DNA of 62,231 nt, taken from contig WELB01000021.1 in assembly GCA_009602725.1 (NCBI GenBank), positions 103,214 through 165,444 of the forward strand, read 5' to 3'. The notes beneath the pieces were generated by a model. The model was given only the letters and a program-made list of their open reading frames with translations, made no database searches and was not told the origin of the DNA. A program made the translations under genes and the position numbers. This DNA comes from Spirogloea muscicola. Taxonomy: Eukaryota. Below are positions 26,717-39,540 of the stretch, in pieces (positions within the stretch are counted from its first letter, which is position 1; every line of letters starts with the position of its first letter).

Positions 26717-29700
26717 ATGGCGCTCAAGCCGGCGCCCGCCGGTGAGTTGCCTCCACGCTACAGAGAAGAGGCCTTGCAATGCCTGGCTGCGGTCGCCACC
26801 GCAGCCAGGGCAAGGCCTGTCGCGGACTGTGCAGTCGCCTCCTGCAACGCAAGCTCGGGCTTATGCAATCCAGCCTTGGCAGCAGCGCGGCACGCTGCGG
26901 CTGCTGCTTGCGGCGGTGCTACGATCGTTTCACGGGCTCCTCCTCCAACGCAGCAGCAGCTCGGCCACTGCTTGTCCTCACCACGGAGCTCGTTCGTTGG
27001 CAGGACATGTCGCGGTGGAGAGGGACGAGGTCGACCTTGCCGAGCTTCTGGAGCACGGGACCCACAGCCTTCGTAGCAGCAGGTGACGCATCCGCAAAGG
27101 CGCCGATTCCTCGGCCGGCTGCAATGCTGGCGCCAATTGAGCCAGGACATGCTGCTTCGGCAGAGCATACGCTTCAATCAGATGAGGTGTGCAGCTTTGT
27201 TGATGCGCTGTCGCCATTGCCGCAGCTCCTTGCACACGCGCAAGCTGGAGGACGAGTCTGCCGCAGCTATGCCACCAGGCCCCGCGGCGGGAGGCCTAGA
27301 CAGGGGCGGACCTCATCAAGCAGCCGCGGCTGTGGTCAACGGCGGGCCAGATCTGATAGCCAAAGTAGCCGACGCTCCACAGTCGGTGCTAATTCACATG
27401 GTCGCCAGCTACCACGCGGCGCTACTGAGCCACGGGCTGACCGCCGAGGCCACGGTGATAGTCGAGGAGCTGGAGGCGTTTCTCGCCGAGCGACGGCGTG
27501 CCCCATCCCGGGCCCCAGAGCTGCAGGGCTTCGAGCTACTGCTCAAGGACGGCCTTCTTGAGTTCCTGCTGCGTGTCCAGCCCCTCCTCCCGCCTATACG
27601 CAGTCAGGTATACTCGACTTGCGAGTGTCTGGACATCTGGAGCATGAGTTGCGACAAACAGCGACTGTGTCTCTCCTGATGCTGTACGACCTTGCCTTCT
27701 TGCTCTTAGTCTGAACTGGCTTTGTGGTGTTCGCTGGAGCCGTATATTCTGCAGGTTGTTAAATTCAAGGATGTGTCATTCGTCAACTCCATCGTCATTC
27801 CAGATGGTTTTCCAACCGTTGGCAGTAAGGCAAGACCACTGCATCCCAATTGACACCTTCTGTTGTACCTTGTGTTGATATACTGCAGCTCTTGCTCTGT
27901 GGCCTGCAATACATGGTAGTGCTTGCCGAGATCAGTTGACAAGGCAGCACTGTCTTTGAATGCATACAGTAGGTGATAAGGTCATCATTCTTCAGTCTGT
28001 GTAGTAGGCTGCAATATTGAAGGTTTGATGAAAAGGACTGATTCCCGTTCATGGGATCATGGCTAATATAATCTGAGCTATGCTGAGCTCCTTCATGTGG
28101 CAATTCTTGAGCTTCAAGATTCTTGAAGCTCCTGTTAGCTATTTTACTTGAGCTTCTTCATGTGGCATTTCTTGAAGCTCCTGCTTCTAATTGTAAAAAA
28201 TTCTTATTCAGGTCACAGGCCTCCTCGGGGGCTGCTTGCTCAGGGAGAAGCCAAAGAAGGTGCCTGTGACAGTGGTGAAGAACGCGACTGGCTACTTCAT
28301 GCCAGGGTCCATGACACTCATCTTAGGTACAGCCTTGGCTTGCTTGGCATGCTTTCGCGCTTCATCACAAATCATCTAGGTATGACTGGTGGCTGATGTC
28401 AGACGACTACTCTACAGATAATTGGTAGATTCTGGTTGCTGTGCTCCTATCGTGACATGGCAGCTTACCGGGGGATGATGCTGTAAGTACAATAAATTCA
28501 CAGTCGCGTAACCTCGTGAGCAGAGGATGCCCAATCAGAGTGTCCACGCAAAGCAGAGTCCCTTGCCAATAACCAGGCTTTGCCACGAGCGCTTGCAGGC
28601 TCGCCAGGTTGTGGGAAGAGCACGCTTCTGAGAATTTTGACAGGGAGGATCAAGGATTCACCAGGCCTGTCTGGCTCTGTTCTATATAACCACAAGCCTG
28701 TACGGGAGGTGATTGTGGAGAGGCTGGCGGCGTGTATTGCTGCGCAGGACAATCACCAGCCCTTTCTCACGGTAAAGGAAACTATGGAGTTCTCCCGCGA
28801 TTGCACGCTGGCGTGGACTTATAAGGACTTCGGTCCTGAGCTGAAGGTGCGCAAACTATGAGCGATATTGCCACTACTTTGCCACATGCTCTAGTTGCTC
28901 CTTGCACCAAAGGGCGTGGATTGGGCTTGACTGTCATTGACCTCAGACCCCAGGTCGATGACACATACCAAGAGGCGCGCTTGTTACCAAGCTGGCAAGG
29001 ACCCCTAGTCGATCCTGGCCATCTAAAAGTCTTTGCAGCAATTGCCCTCAGGCCATTGCAGAGGAGGCGCTGAAGCTGGGCCAGGACCCGAAGCTAGAAA
29101 TGAACCTGCACATGATGGGCCTGAAGCGCCTCCAGAGCCGCCCTGTGGGCAGTGAGAAGATGCCAACGCTGACTGCTGGCGAAAGGCACCGCGTCACTGT
29201 GGCGGAGATGGTCGCTGGAACGTATGCTGTATATTACTTTGATGAGCTCAATAAAGGTAGGCTTCTTTCTCTGGGCTGGCCTTGGTGCTCACACATATGG
29301 CAGTCAGTCACAGACGGCAGTTAGGTTTGCTACTTGCACTTCGTGCTGGCGCGCATTGACCCGGCACAGCAAAGCCCGGTGGTTGGCCAGGTGCCGACCA
29401 GGAGTGACACTAGTGAGTCAATATCTAGAGCCATGCTGATCCAGAAGGAATTTGCGCCTGTGTTGTGCTAAGGTTCGTAACAAGTGGTCCAGTTGCATTG
29501 CAGGGGTTGACGCTTCAGTCACTCGTGACCTGGTCGAGAACATGAAAATTTTCAGCAGGGTTCGTGGGGTGTCCTGTGTTGTCTCGCTGCTGCAACCATC
29601 TGTTGCCACGTACAACCTCTTCGACCAGATCCTCCTCATGGACCACGGCCACATCTTGTACTTTGGGCCACGGGCGGATGCACTGCCTTACTTCGAAAAC

Positions 29701-32700
29701 CTTGGGTAGGAACAGGACTGTTGCTGTCTGCTCGGCAGGGGTCTTCGTTAGTGGTCCTGTGCACCTGTGGCTTGCCCTGCTGGGAATCTGGAAAGAAGGC
29801 GCATGACCCTAAGCACTAGCCTCCAGCAACTGAAACTTCAAAGCCTAAGCATTGTGACCCTCACTTTTAGGTTGTCACATATTCGTCAAGTGACAAATTC
29901 AAATTGCTCTGTCAGTCAGAATGGTAATTCAAGTAGTTGAAGAGCACTTCCATGGAAGCACCTTCTTGCTGAGCCCATGTGGTGATGAGGTGGTACTACA
30001 GGTACATCAAACCACTGCATGTCTGTGCACCGGAATTCCTGGTGGATGTTACCACAGAGGAAGGCTGGCGGTTTCTTCAACCAGGTGCACAGCGTCTCGA
30101 ATTTGACGGCTTTGTACAGGCTTACCAGAACTCAGACCTCTACAAGGACACCCTGCGTATTGTTGAAAGCCCTGAGCTGCACTTGAATTACTGGGTCCAG
30201 GTCAGTGGCCCTTGAAGTGCTCCTCTCAGAAGGCGTGCATGCTCCCACTTCTGCTTTTAAGCTTTGGAGAAATCAGGAGCCAGATTCTTTGTCAGCTTTC
30301 ACAGCATCTAGAAGCTTATATGCGATCCTAGTATCTATGCTCAAGAAGCCCTGCAGCTGAAGTTTCAATTTCTAATCAGGAAAATGCTGACATGGCAATT
30401 GCTGTGCAGGCATCCAAGCCCCCTGGGATTGAGTTGGCCAATGACGCAGCTCGATTTCCCACTGTCAAGAAGGTCATTGAAGGGCAGCCCCTCAGCAAGC
30501 CCGCCATACAGAACAGCGGGCGAGTAAAGGAAGGGGACAGAGTTGTAGCTGTCTCCAGCACCAGCAACAGGTCCTTCTGCTTGCTTTTCAATGGTAACCC
30601 TTTCTTAGCGTTGTCTTGATTTGCTCAAGGATTGCCTAGGACCGAAGCACAGCGGCAAAGCCGGCTGAGACAAGCCTTCACTGGATGTGGTCAACAGACT
30701 GGCATACGTAGTGGGACACGAAGCACAAGCTGTGGCGGGGGCTCTGGAATTGGCGGCTGATCCTGTCAGACTGCAGCTTGAGCGGCCCTTCGTAGAGGTA
30801 TATCGGGACTGTTGCTCACGTGTCACATTCAGTGACCGACATAAGATTCATGACAACAATCTCTCAGCATACCACTGTAGATATGCACAAGGCAACAAAT
30901 GCTTCCAAGCTGATTGGTGTTGTGATACTAAGCATCTCCAGCTTTAGGACGATCTGAGCAGGTATTGCTAGATGGACGTGCTAAGTCATACCCACCAGTA
31001 AGTCGTTCTGTTGCAGCAAGAGACAACATTTGGAGTAGGACAATATAACAGAGAGTATGTCCACGATTTCTGGTATGAGGTTAGGTTGTTGACTCGCCGT
31101 CAATTCTTGAGCACTTGGCGCAACAAGCTTCACATATATGCACGTCTCTTCCAGGTCAGCAGAGCACCTTGACAACGTGGTAGTGACATGTGATCCTTTT
31201 CTGTGACGTCTCACATGAGCTTGTACATAAAACTTACGCGTGAAGCTTCTGATGTGTACTTGAATGCACTCTTGCTATCATATGTGCTGGCTACCTGCGT
31301 GCATGCAGATTGTGGTCCTTGGACTCTTCGTGGGCACTTTCTTCTTTCAGCTCAAGCAGGACGCCAACCAGCTCGATATGAATCTACGAAGAGGCATCGG
31401 ATTCTCATCCGTGATGACAACAACGCTGATCAATCTGGGCCACCTGCCTTTCATCCTGGAAGACCGACTTATCTTCTACAAGCAGCAGGGTGCCCGCTTC
31501 TATCGCCCTGCATCATACCTTCTTGCTCAGATTTTCAGCCAATTCCCCTTTTCCTTCACTGAGGCAAGTCTCCAGGTCCTGTGAAGCTTGTTGCAGCCGT
31601 TCAACAATCATGAGCTTCTCCTTGTGATATGTGTGACTTGTGCAGGTTCTAGTAGCACTTCATTCCTTTCATCAGTTGCCATATCTTCACGTATTGCAGA
31701 TGGTCTCAAGCATGAGGTTGACCACCACATTGTGAAGTCGATGCATGTCCAGGGCTGACATGACAACAAAGCTTGGCTGCAGGCAACAATCTGGTCTATC
31801 TTGGTTTACTTCATCGGAGGCTTGACGCTTTCAAGTGGAGGATGGCATTTCTTCGTCTACTGGGCCCTTTTCACTTGCAACATTTTATGGGTAAGAGACT
31901 CATGTCCTCCAGGATCACCACAATGATGTATTCCTTGGAGCAGAGCTGGTGCAGAAAGTCGGCATCTGCTGAGATTTCTGCAATTGGTCAATGGGGAATC
32001 AAAGTGGGCAGTGCCTGCAGATCCTTCTCTATGTGCAGTCTTCTGTCACACAGCTATTGTAGATGCACATCAGCCGGTTAGGCGACTCATGAAGGATGCA
32101 GTTTCCTTATCTGATGTCTCACTCAGCCCTCCGGCACGAGCTTGCATGGAGCAGAGCTTTCACTGATGTGGGGTACATTCTATTCAGGCTTCCTCTATGG
32201 TCCGCTTCCTCGGCAACTGGGCACCCACGCCTGATGCAGCAAATGCAGTTTCAGGTACAGTTCCTTGAGTCCTGTGTACATCATGATGACAGTGTATAGA
32301 AAATATGTAGTGTCTGAGATACAGCATCTTGTTATGAAAAGTAGTTAAAGTACGTGCATTTCTATGTAAATTCTACACCTTTCCATAAGTGTGCCCTTGC
32401 TACTGCAGGAATCATAATTGCCTTATTCTTACTGTTTGCCGGATTCCTCGTACCAAGATTCAAAATACCGCACTACTGGATATGGATGTACTACCTCTCG
32501 CCCTTACAGTGGGCCATCACGTCCTTCCTGATCAATGAGTTTCGCTCGTCAACTTACAGTAACCAGTACTGCCGAGACGTTAGCCTGGCCTTGGTTCCAC
32601 AGGTACTTCGGATTTGATTGGGCTATGTTATAAAGCTGGGGCCCCGCAGTTCTGTGTGGCACGTGCTTCCTTGCCTGTATGGTTACCATTTGTAACAGAA

Positions 32701-35700
32701 CTTCAGGATAGCCACTTGGTGTTGAAAGTGGTCGATTGAACCTGACTTCCTTGCATGCACGCAATCATTTTCAGTGCATTGGAAGGCTGGACGAGCCTAT
32801 TGGGCGGGCGTGGCTTGCCAAGAATCAGTTCTTGGTCGACTACGGCTGGATTGCTGTCGGCTTTGTTGTATTGCTGGCGTGGTTTGCTGTCTTCAACCTC
32901 CTCTCGCTGTGGGCATTGACCAAAGTGCGGCACGTACCTCTTCCCCGTGAAGGACTGGGCCCTCCTAAGAAGACCTCGGTATGGTTGACAACTTTGCCGT
33001 GCTTGTAGGCCACCTTTCCCTTGTTTATATGCTGTCCAACAAGTCTGATAGACGAGGTGGTACTGCGCACCTTACAGGTGAAGCATCTAGCTGTCAAATA
33101 TGTGCAAAAATGTCGCTTGGTACTGTGATTCTTTCTTGTGTCACGCTTCACTTCTGGAGAATCCGAGTTTCATAAGCAACTCCGTGACTTCTGGACTGTT
33201 CACTTGTCTGTCCAGGAACCTTCTAAAGACAACCAAGTTGAAGATGAGATTGACGAAGAGCTAGGTCCGGGCATGAAAGGTCAGGCTGGGGAGCAAGAGC
33301 TATCCATAAAGAGCAGCAGCCTCTTGGACGAACTTCTTGTACCCATAACACTCAGCTGGCACAATCTTGGTTACGAGCTCTTCAACCCCCAGATTGGCCA
33401 GTCCCGTCGTTTACTCGACGACATTTCAGGGTGGACAAAACCAGGCGAGATTCTGCTATTGCTTGGAGCCGGTGGCGCTGGAAAGTCTACTCTCCTCAAC
33501 TGCTTGGCTGGTAAGATGCTCCAGTGCTTGTATTGAGTCAGCACCCGTGAATGTTAACTGCGGGGTTGCGTACTTCTGACATGGGGCTGTATCAGCATGA
33601 TTGGCATGAAAGGACGATGCAAGGTGACCCTGACAATGAGATTTGCACTTTCATTATACTAAATTATGCAAATGATCTCTGTCACACAGGACGATATGTC
33701 TCCCCGCACAACATCACAGGCAAGATATTGGTCAATGGTTATCCCAAAATTCAAGCAACATTTTCAAGGGTCATGGCCTACGTTGACCGCAGTAATGCCT
33801 ACTCCCCATTTGTTACTGTTCGAGAAGCGTGCCTCTTCTCGGCAGCTCTACGCATGGGAAAGACCATCACCAAAGAACAGCAAGTCCAATTTGTCGACGA
33901 GGTAAGACTTGGCCATCAGAGAATAATTTCTAGAGATTTGTGCAACTAGTAGCCTCTCACTTGAACATGTAAATTGGACAGCTCTTCAAAGCCTGGACTT
34001 GAAGTATTCCTGCCCAGCTTGTCAGCCATCCGCCAACTGCAATGAACCTAGTGGCAAGAATCGTCAGACAGGGCAAGCTTGCTTACCATGCTCAGACTAA
34101 GGCCCTTGATATACTGTCGTTTCTCAAAGCAATGCAGACAGTGTTTTTGGATTGCGACGGCCACTTTGTGAACAGCAATTGTTAGGCCTTTTGACTGTTG
34201 TATGTGCAGGTCTTGGACGTGATGGGGCTCACCTTTGCAGCTAACCGCCTGGTACTATCGCTTAGCGGCCCCAGTTCAGTTGCAGCTGAATCATCAAAGC
34301 GCCTCTGCACTGCCATTGAGCTGTCTGCCAACCCCAGCATGCTGTTTTTAGACGAGCCGCTCAGCAATGTGGATTCTCGATCGGCCCTCAAACTCATAGA
34401 AACCTTGAAGGTGAGGACCAGTGGATCTTGCAGCCGGCAATCTTACTCCGGCTATGTCAACAACACATGTCGGGAATCTATATATAACTTAGCTAGTAAA
34501 GCTGCCAGCAAGCAAAACGGTTAACTTTATCATAAGAGAGATCCATCACTTCTCAGAATGTTGCACAGATTTTCTCTGATAATTACCTTTTCATATTCTG
34601 CTCTCAGAACATAACTCGAACAAGAAGGGGTGTCATCATGACAGCTTCTGACATACCCAGCAATCGAAGAAATTCGCTCTTTACAAATGCTCTGATCCTG
34701 AAGAATGGTGGTGAGATGGTTTATTTTGGGCCACTGTCGGCAGACTCCGCTGAGATGAAGGTCACCACTCCTTAAAACCACGATGCTTTCAACAGCTGTC
34801 TATGTGCCGCTGAACTTTGTGAAGCGTGGTCTAAGACTGTGATGCACCCTATCTCACAACACCTTGGGATGTCACTTGCTGTGATGCAGTCTGTGGGATG
34901 ATGCAATGTGCATTCCATCACTGGTTGCAGGCATATTTCTGTTCTATTCCAGGAACACCTCCGTGTCTACCAGGTGTACACCCTCTCCAGTATGTGATAG
35001 ACCTCATTGGTGACGGCAGCAGTGGCAAGATGTTCTCAAGGAATTATGCCTTTGAATACAAAGGCAGTCTGCTTTGTGTCAACAATGATATAGAATTGGA
35101 TAGAATCAGACAGGCTAAGGGCAAGATTGGGCTGCAGCTCACAACCAGCGGCAATGCGAGCTCCTTGACCACTCAAGCCGTCACGTTAATTACAAGGTGA
35201 ATGCTTCTGATGTCAGAAACTGCCCCTCAGAGCTACTCATGGTCCTGAAGTGAAGAAATTTATGCCGCATATTGCATATCAGGCGAGCTGCAGTGGCTGT
35301 TGTTGGTCCTCTTGCATGTCATCATGGATTTTCTGATCATAAAAGCGAAGCAGCACAACATTCTCCATTACAAGCTCACTAAGTGATTAACATTTGCATC
35401 TTCCAAGAGCAAATAGTAAGTCCACCTTGTCAGGCATGCTTGTCCACCAAGCCGTTTCACGCAGAGCAAGTATGCCTAACCTTCTGGCAGCCATTGTATT
35501 CTCACAGGATGCAGCTGCAGTATTGGCGAAATTTGAACTACAGCTTTGGGCGGTTGATGTCTGCAGTCATCCTCGGGCTCCTGCTAGGCTCAACATACTG
35601 GCAGGAAAATTACGAGAGCACGCCCGGCATGAACGCACGCGCTGGCTCACTTTTTGCTAGCTGCCTCCTTCTTGCCATTTCGAATGCCATGAACATTGTG

Positions 35701-37193
35701 CCACAGCTCGCGGCAGCGGACCCCGGCTTCAAGCGTGAGCTAGCTACCAGTCAATACCATGTGTTCTTCTATGGCCTTTCATGGGCCCTGGCCGAGGTTC
35801 GAATTCAAGCTCGTGCATGCCATGCTTGTGCCATGTATGCATACCTAGTGCGATTATTTCATCAGGGCCTAGGAATTGACACTTAATGCTTTAGAGGTAA
35901 CTTGTTGCATGACCCCTGCTCTCTGACAAACCTTCATTCAGGTGTAGAGCTCTTGTCACTCCTCCTGATGCATTAATGGCTGACTGATGACAATGTGCAG
36001 ATACCCTACTTAATGGTAATGACATTGATCTATTCGGGCATATTCTGCGGCATGTCTGGAGTTGCAACAGCAGATGTTGGACAATTTTTCCAGTTCTGGT
36101 TCATCTTGTTCGAATTCGTCCTTGCAATCACATTCCTGGGCATGCTCCTCTCCACAGTCATGCCTAAGCCTGCCGTGAGTTGGAGAGCTCATCCCCTCTT
36201 CTAGAACGCAGACCATTGTTACAAGTTTCGCATAATTGATATTGATCTAGTAGCAGTATGACGGGTCGACCAAATAACAATCTCCCCTGCTGCTGGCAGC
36301 TGGCGTTGATTGTCATCCCCATCCTCATCTCTCTGTGGGTGCCGAGCAATGGGTATGTTGTGGTCAAGCGGAAGGTTGTCGACCCCTACATCTGGCTGTT
36401 CTGGTCCAATCCGCTGCAATATGCTCTGAATGCGCTCACCAGCCTTGTCTTCTTCTGCAACACTGATGGCCCTCTGGTATTGCATCACCCCTAGGACCGT
36501 CTTCATTCTTAATGTGCAATTATTTATTCTGCAAATGCCATATTCAGCTTTGCATCACTTTGTTATCGTCAGAGAAGTAAGACGGTAAGAAAACTGCTTA
36601 CTTGCTTGCCATGCCTTATACATGAGTCAGCAGTTCTTTCTCTCATTCATTGCCCTTGAGCATGCAACCATAGAGCATGCAACCAAAGCATGCTGTAATC
36701 TACAATCATATTATCTTGTGCAGTGCAAGCGTGGAGGCCAGAATCTGATGTGTGCAATCAATCCAGCAGCCTGCCCCATGTGCACGTGTCCACGGCTGCA
36801 TGATACCAGGTGCACTTGAACCCCAAGCACGTCATGATTGGTGCAAGCCTCAAAGGACCTTAGGAAGCCTGTGTGTTCTCTAGTGTCTTGCTTCTTTTAA
36901 GTTGCCTAGACCTGCATCCTAGCAGAAATAGTCAAGACCAATTAAACAATCTAGACCATATGACAATGTTTCAACTTTAACTCATTTCTCCCCACCTTTG
37001 CGGCTGTATACAACTCTCATCTCTGGTCTGCATGTGCAGGAATGTGTTTGTGTGGGACACTATCAGCGCAAGCAGATCGCTGAACCACAGCCAGATTGGC
37101 CTGGACATGATGGCGCTTGCCCTATTCTCAGTTTTCTTCCGTGTTGCTTCCTACCTTGCTCTTCGATACCTGCGCCACAATCGCCAGACATAG
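26717..37193 (+). CDS. Full-size ABCG (PDR-type, NBD-TMD-NBD-TMD) transporter with an internal PDZ-like domain; >25 exons; N-terminal exons uncertain
   Basis: NBD1: PGSMTLIL|GSPGCGKSTLL..QDNHQPFLTVKETMEFS..FDE..SLLQPSVATYNLFDQILLM. TMD1: RLIFYKQQGARFY..FAGFLVPRFKIPHYWIWMYYLSPLQWA. NBD2: LLDDISGWTKPG..GAGGAGKSTLL..ELSANPSMLFLDEP. TMD2: YWRNLNYSFGRL..LAE|IPY..WSNPLQY..LALRYLRHNRQT*. Confidence 0.93.
30186..30797 (+). other. PDZ-like domain encoded by exons 30410-30570 and 30698-30797 plus the end of the preceding exon
   Basis: YWVQ|ASKPPGIELANDAARFPTVKKVIEGQPLSKPAIQNSGRVKEGDRVVAVSSTSNR|LAYVVGHEAQAVAGALELAADPVRLQLER: K-P-x-G-I loop, V..+..G.PA..SG.+..GD.++AV core, helix, then V.L.L.R strand. 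Confidence 0.75.
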
Positions 37194-38239
37194 CATCAAA
37201 TGACGTGAGATCTTGACTGCTGTGACCACAGGTCTTGACTGCTGTGACCGCGGAGTTCTTATAGTAGCTCCAGTCCATCCTATAGTGGCTGCTTGGCAGG
37301 AATGGACTGCCAGCTTCTTGGTGACTTCACCAGTCTCCAGGATTTTTTGACCATTGGAGCAGAGATTGCAGTTTGGCTGCCGCGTTCCATGGTGGGTGAA
37401 TGCTCTGGGTGCCACTGCTGTGAGATGGCTCGCTATCTAGCTTAGAGCGCAGCAGTAACAGAAATATATAGTTCCTCTGGTGCCTATATGTGCCTACCTT
37501 CTTCAAAGTCATTCATCAGATACTAATCGTAAACATTGTTGAGAACGGACAGAGAAGTCTGATGGGGTCAGATGTGGACGTTGTTTGATGTGCCATGCAT
37601 GGCCGAGGCTTTTCATGTAATCCCCGTTGAAACGGCTATATAATATTTTGCTACTCAGATAGTTGCTGGCTGATGTTGTGTTGCACCCTTCAAAGCATGC
37701 GCTGAGCACTGTACTAACTCGCTTGAGAGAAATCGTACTTGCTGGCCGGCGTGGAGCCACCACAAAGTGCATGATTCCGAGGCTAGTGACACCACAACGT
37801 TGCGCGCACGCTGAAGCGACACTAACCCGACAGCGCTAGGAAGTGACGCAATTTGAACACTTGCACTTGCCCATCCTGGTTCAAAGGCATGGCCCACCTT
37901 CCCAGTCTAGAGCCACTGTCACACTGCCCACCATAAGAGCCACGCAAGAAGCGGAGTGAGCTGACTGGCTTTCGGCATGTCCTTTGTACTTGGTGCAGCT
38001 GAGTGAATGACAGTGTGTTAATGCCTGCTGGCTGCTGCTGTACAATGGGCCAACTTATTGATACAGAAAAATGGTGATACATAAGCTACAGGTCGCTCTT
38101 TAGGGCATGAGCACGTAGGCGAGCTGGTTTAAGCAGCGGCTGGTCACTATCACAGAGCAGCCTTTGGGGGAGTAGTCGTCGACTCGTTCCACCTACTCAT
38201 CTGACGCGAACTTGTGTGCAGCTACGATTGTTTCAGAAT

Positions 38240-38850
38240 CCAGTGGCTGTGAGAAGCCAGCTCAAATGGCAGAACAAGGTCTGTAATGAGAAGAAAGACT
38301 CTATCCAGTAGAGGGCGATGGCTGTACTTGGCCAGCTAAGAACAAAAGAATGAACAAAGCTCGAAGGGCCAGCAAGGCACACGGCGACTCATAGTGGCCA
38401 CTGGTCTGGAAATGATAGACTCTTCTAAAAGGGTCGGAGAGGGAGCGGTGCTGCTGATGTCAAAGGGCGGCTATGATGAGTATCCTGGCAACAAGTAAGG
38501 GCGAAAGTGAGCGACTCTTCCAGTCGAGGGCGATGGCTGGGAGTGGCCCAGCCCAGTCACAAGACAGCGCTTCCAAATTGACTGGTGGCTGTGAGAGGCC
38601 CGCCCAAAAGACTGGACAAGGTCTGGATGGACAGAAGACAGCAAGCCCTGGGCCACAGCGACCCAACGCCACCCGCGCCATTCCGGCCGTGCGGACGACT
38701 GTACTGGTTGTACGTACTGGTCGAGCAAGCCTCAACAAGACCAAGCAGGCTCTACCTTTCGGCCCCTTCGGACCCTTTTTTCGGCCCCTTCGGACCTTGT
38801 CAATTCTGTTTGTGCTGGCTGTTCACAGCCCTTGCCCCTTTCCAATCCTC
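38240..38850. repeat. Cluster of retroelement 3'-UTR units (minus copies 38240-38630, plus copy 38760-38845)
   Basis: ggctgtgagaagccagc, gagggcgatggctgtacttggccagc, ggctgtgagaggcccgcccaaaagactggacaagg (-); ggccccttcggaccttgtcaattctgtttgtgctggctgttcacagccc (+). Confidence 0.8.
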
Positions 38851-39195
38851 TAGCAACTCCAGAAGCGGACGTAGAACGGGTCGAAAGGCCCCCATTTCTT
38901 TGCACTAGTTCTTGTCTGGAAAGTGTATTGATTTGAATCGGCCATGCTTTCAATTCATGCGCACCGCGCCCCCTTCTCTCTTTGCAAGAAATATCGTGTG
39001 TTTGAACTAATCAAGGCCAGAATGGCCAAGTACAAAGGCAAGCACAACTGATGACGAAGCAGCTAGCATTTAGCAGCTTCTGGAGCTGCTAGAGGAGTGG
39101 GGCAGCAGCAGGGGCAGGAGGGATGGGAGGGGGGGGAAGGAGGGCCAGAAGTGCCCATGGGGGCCTTTCCTGCAGCCGCTTCTGGAGCTGCTAGA

Positions 39196-39258
39196 AAGAA
39201 CAGCGCTTCCAACGTGACTGGTGGCTGTGAGAGACCAGCCCAAAAGAATGGACAAGGT
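39196..39258 (-). mobile_element. 63-bp solo 3'-end insertion flanked by an 8-bp target-site duplication CTGCTAGA
   Basis: CTGCTAGA at 39188-39195 and 39259-39266. The uninterrupted paralogous site gcttctggagCTGCTAGAggagtg is at 39076-39099. Confidence 0.8.
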
Positions 39259-39346
39259 CTGCTAGAGGAGTGAGGCAGCATGAGTGGCAGGAGGGATGGC
39301 GGAGGGGCCACCTCTTTCTTTCGTTTAATCACAGCCTCTCACCCCC

Positions 39347-39540
39347 TTTGCATCAGAAAGCTAGTCTAGCCTTAGCTGGTGGCACAAGAGCTTGTCGATT
39401 ACCGTCCGGTATTCGGGCATCAGTTAGCGACCTCTATGTGCTGACTCGTGGTTACTAAGCGGGTCAGCTTAGTAGCAGGTGATGTACGATCTTGATGTGC
39501 TTGCCTTTGTACTTGACCACACAGGCTCTCCATCAATTAG
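39347..39540 (+). mobile_element. Retroelement 3' end (ORF terminus LHQKASLALAGG..SVSDLYVLTRGY* plus 3' UTR)
   Basis: Highly similar to the reverse complement of 42085-42278. Confidence 0.75.
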
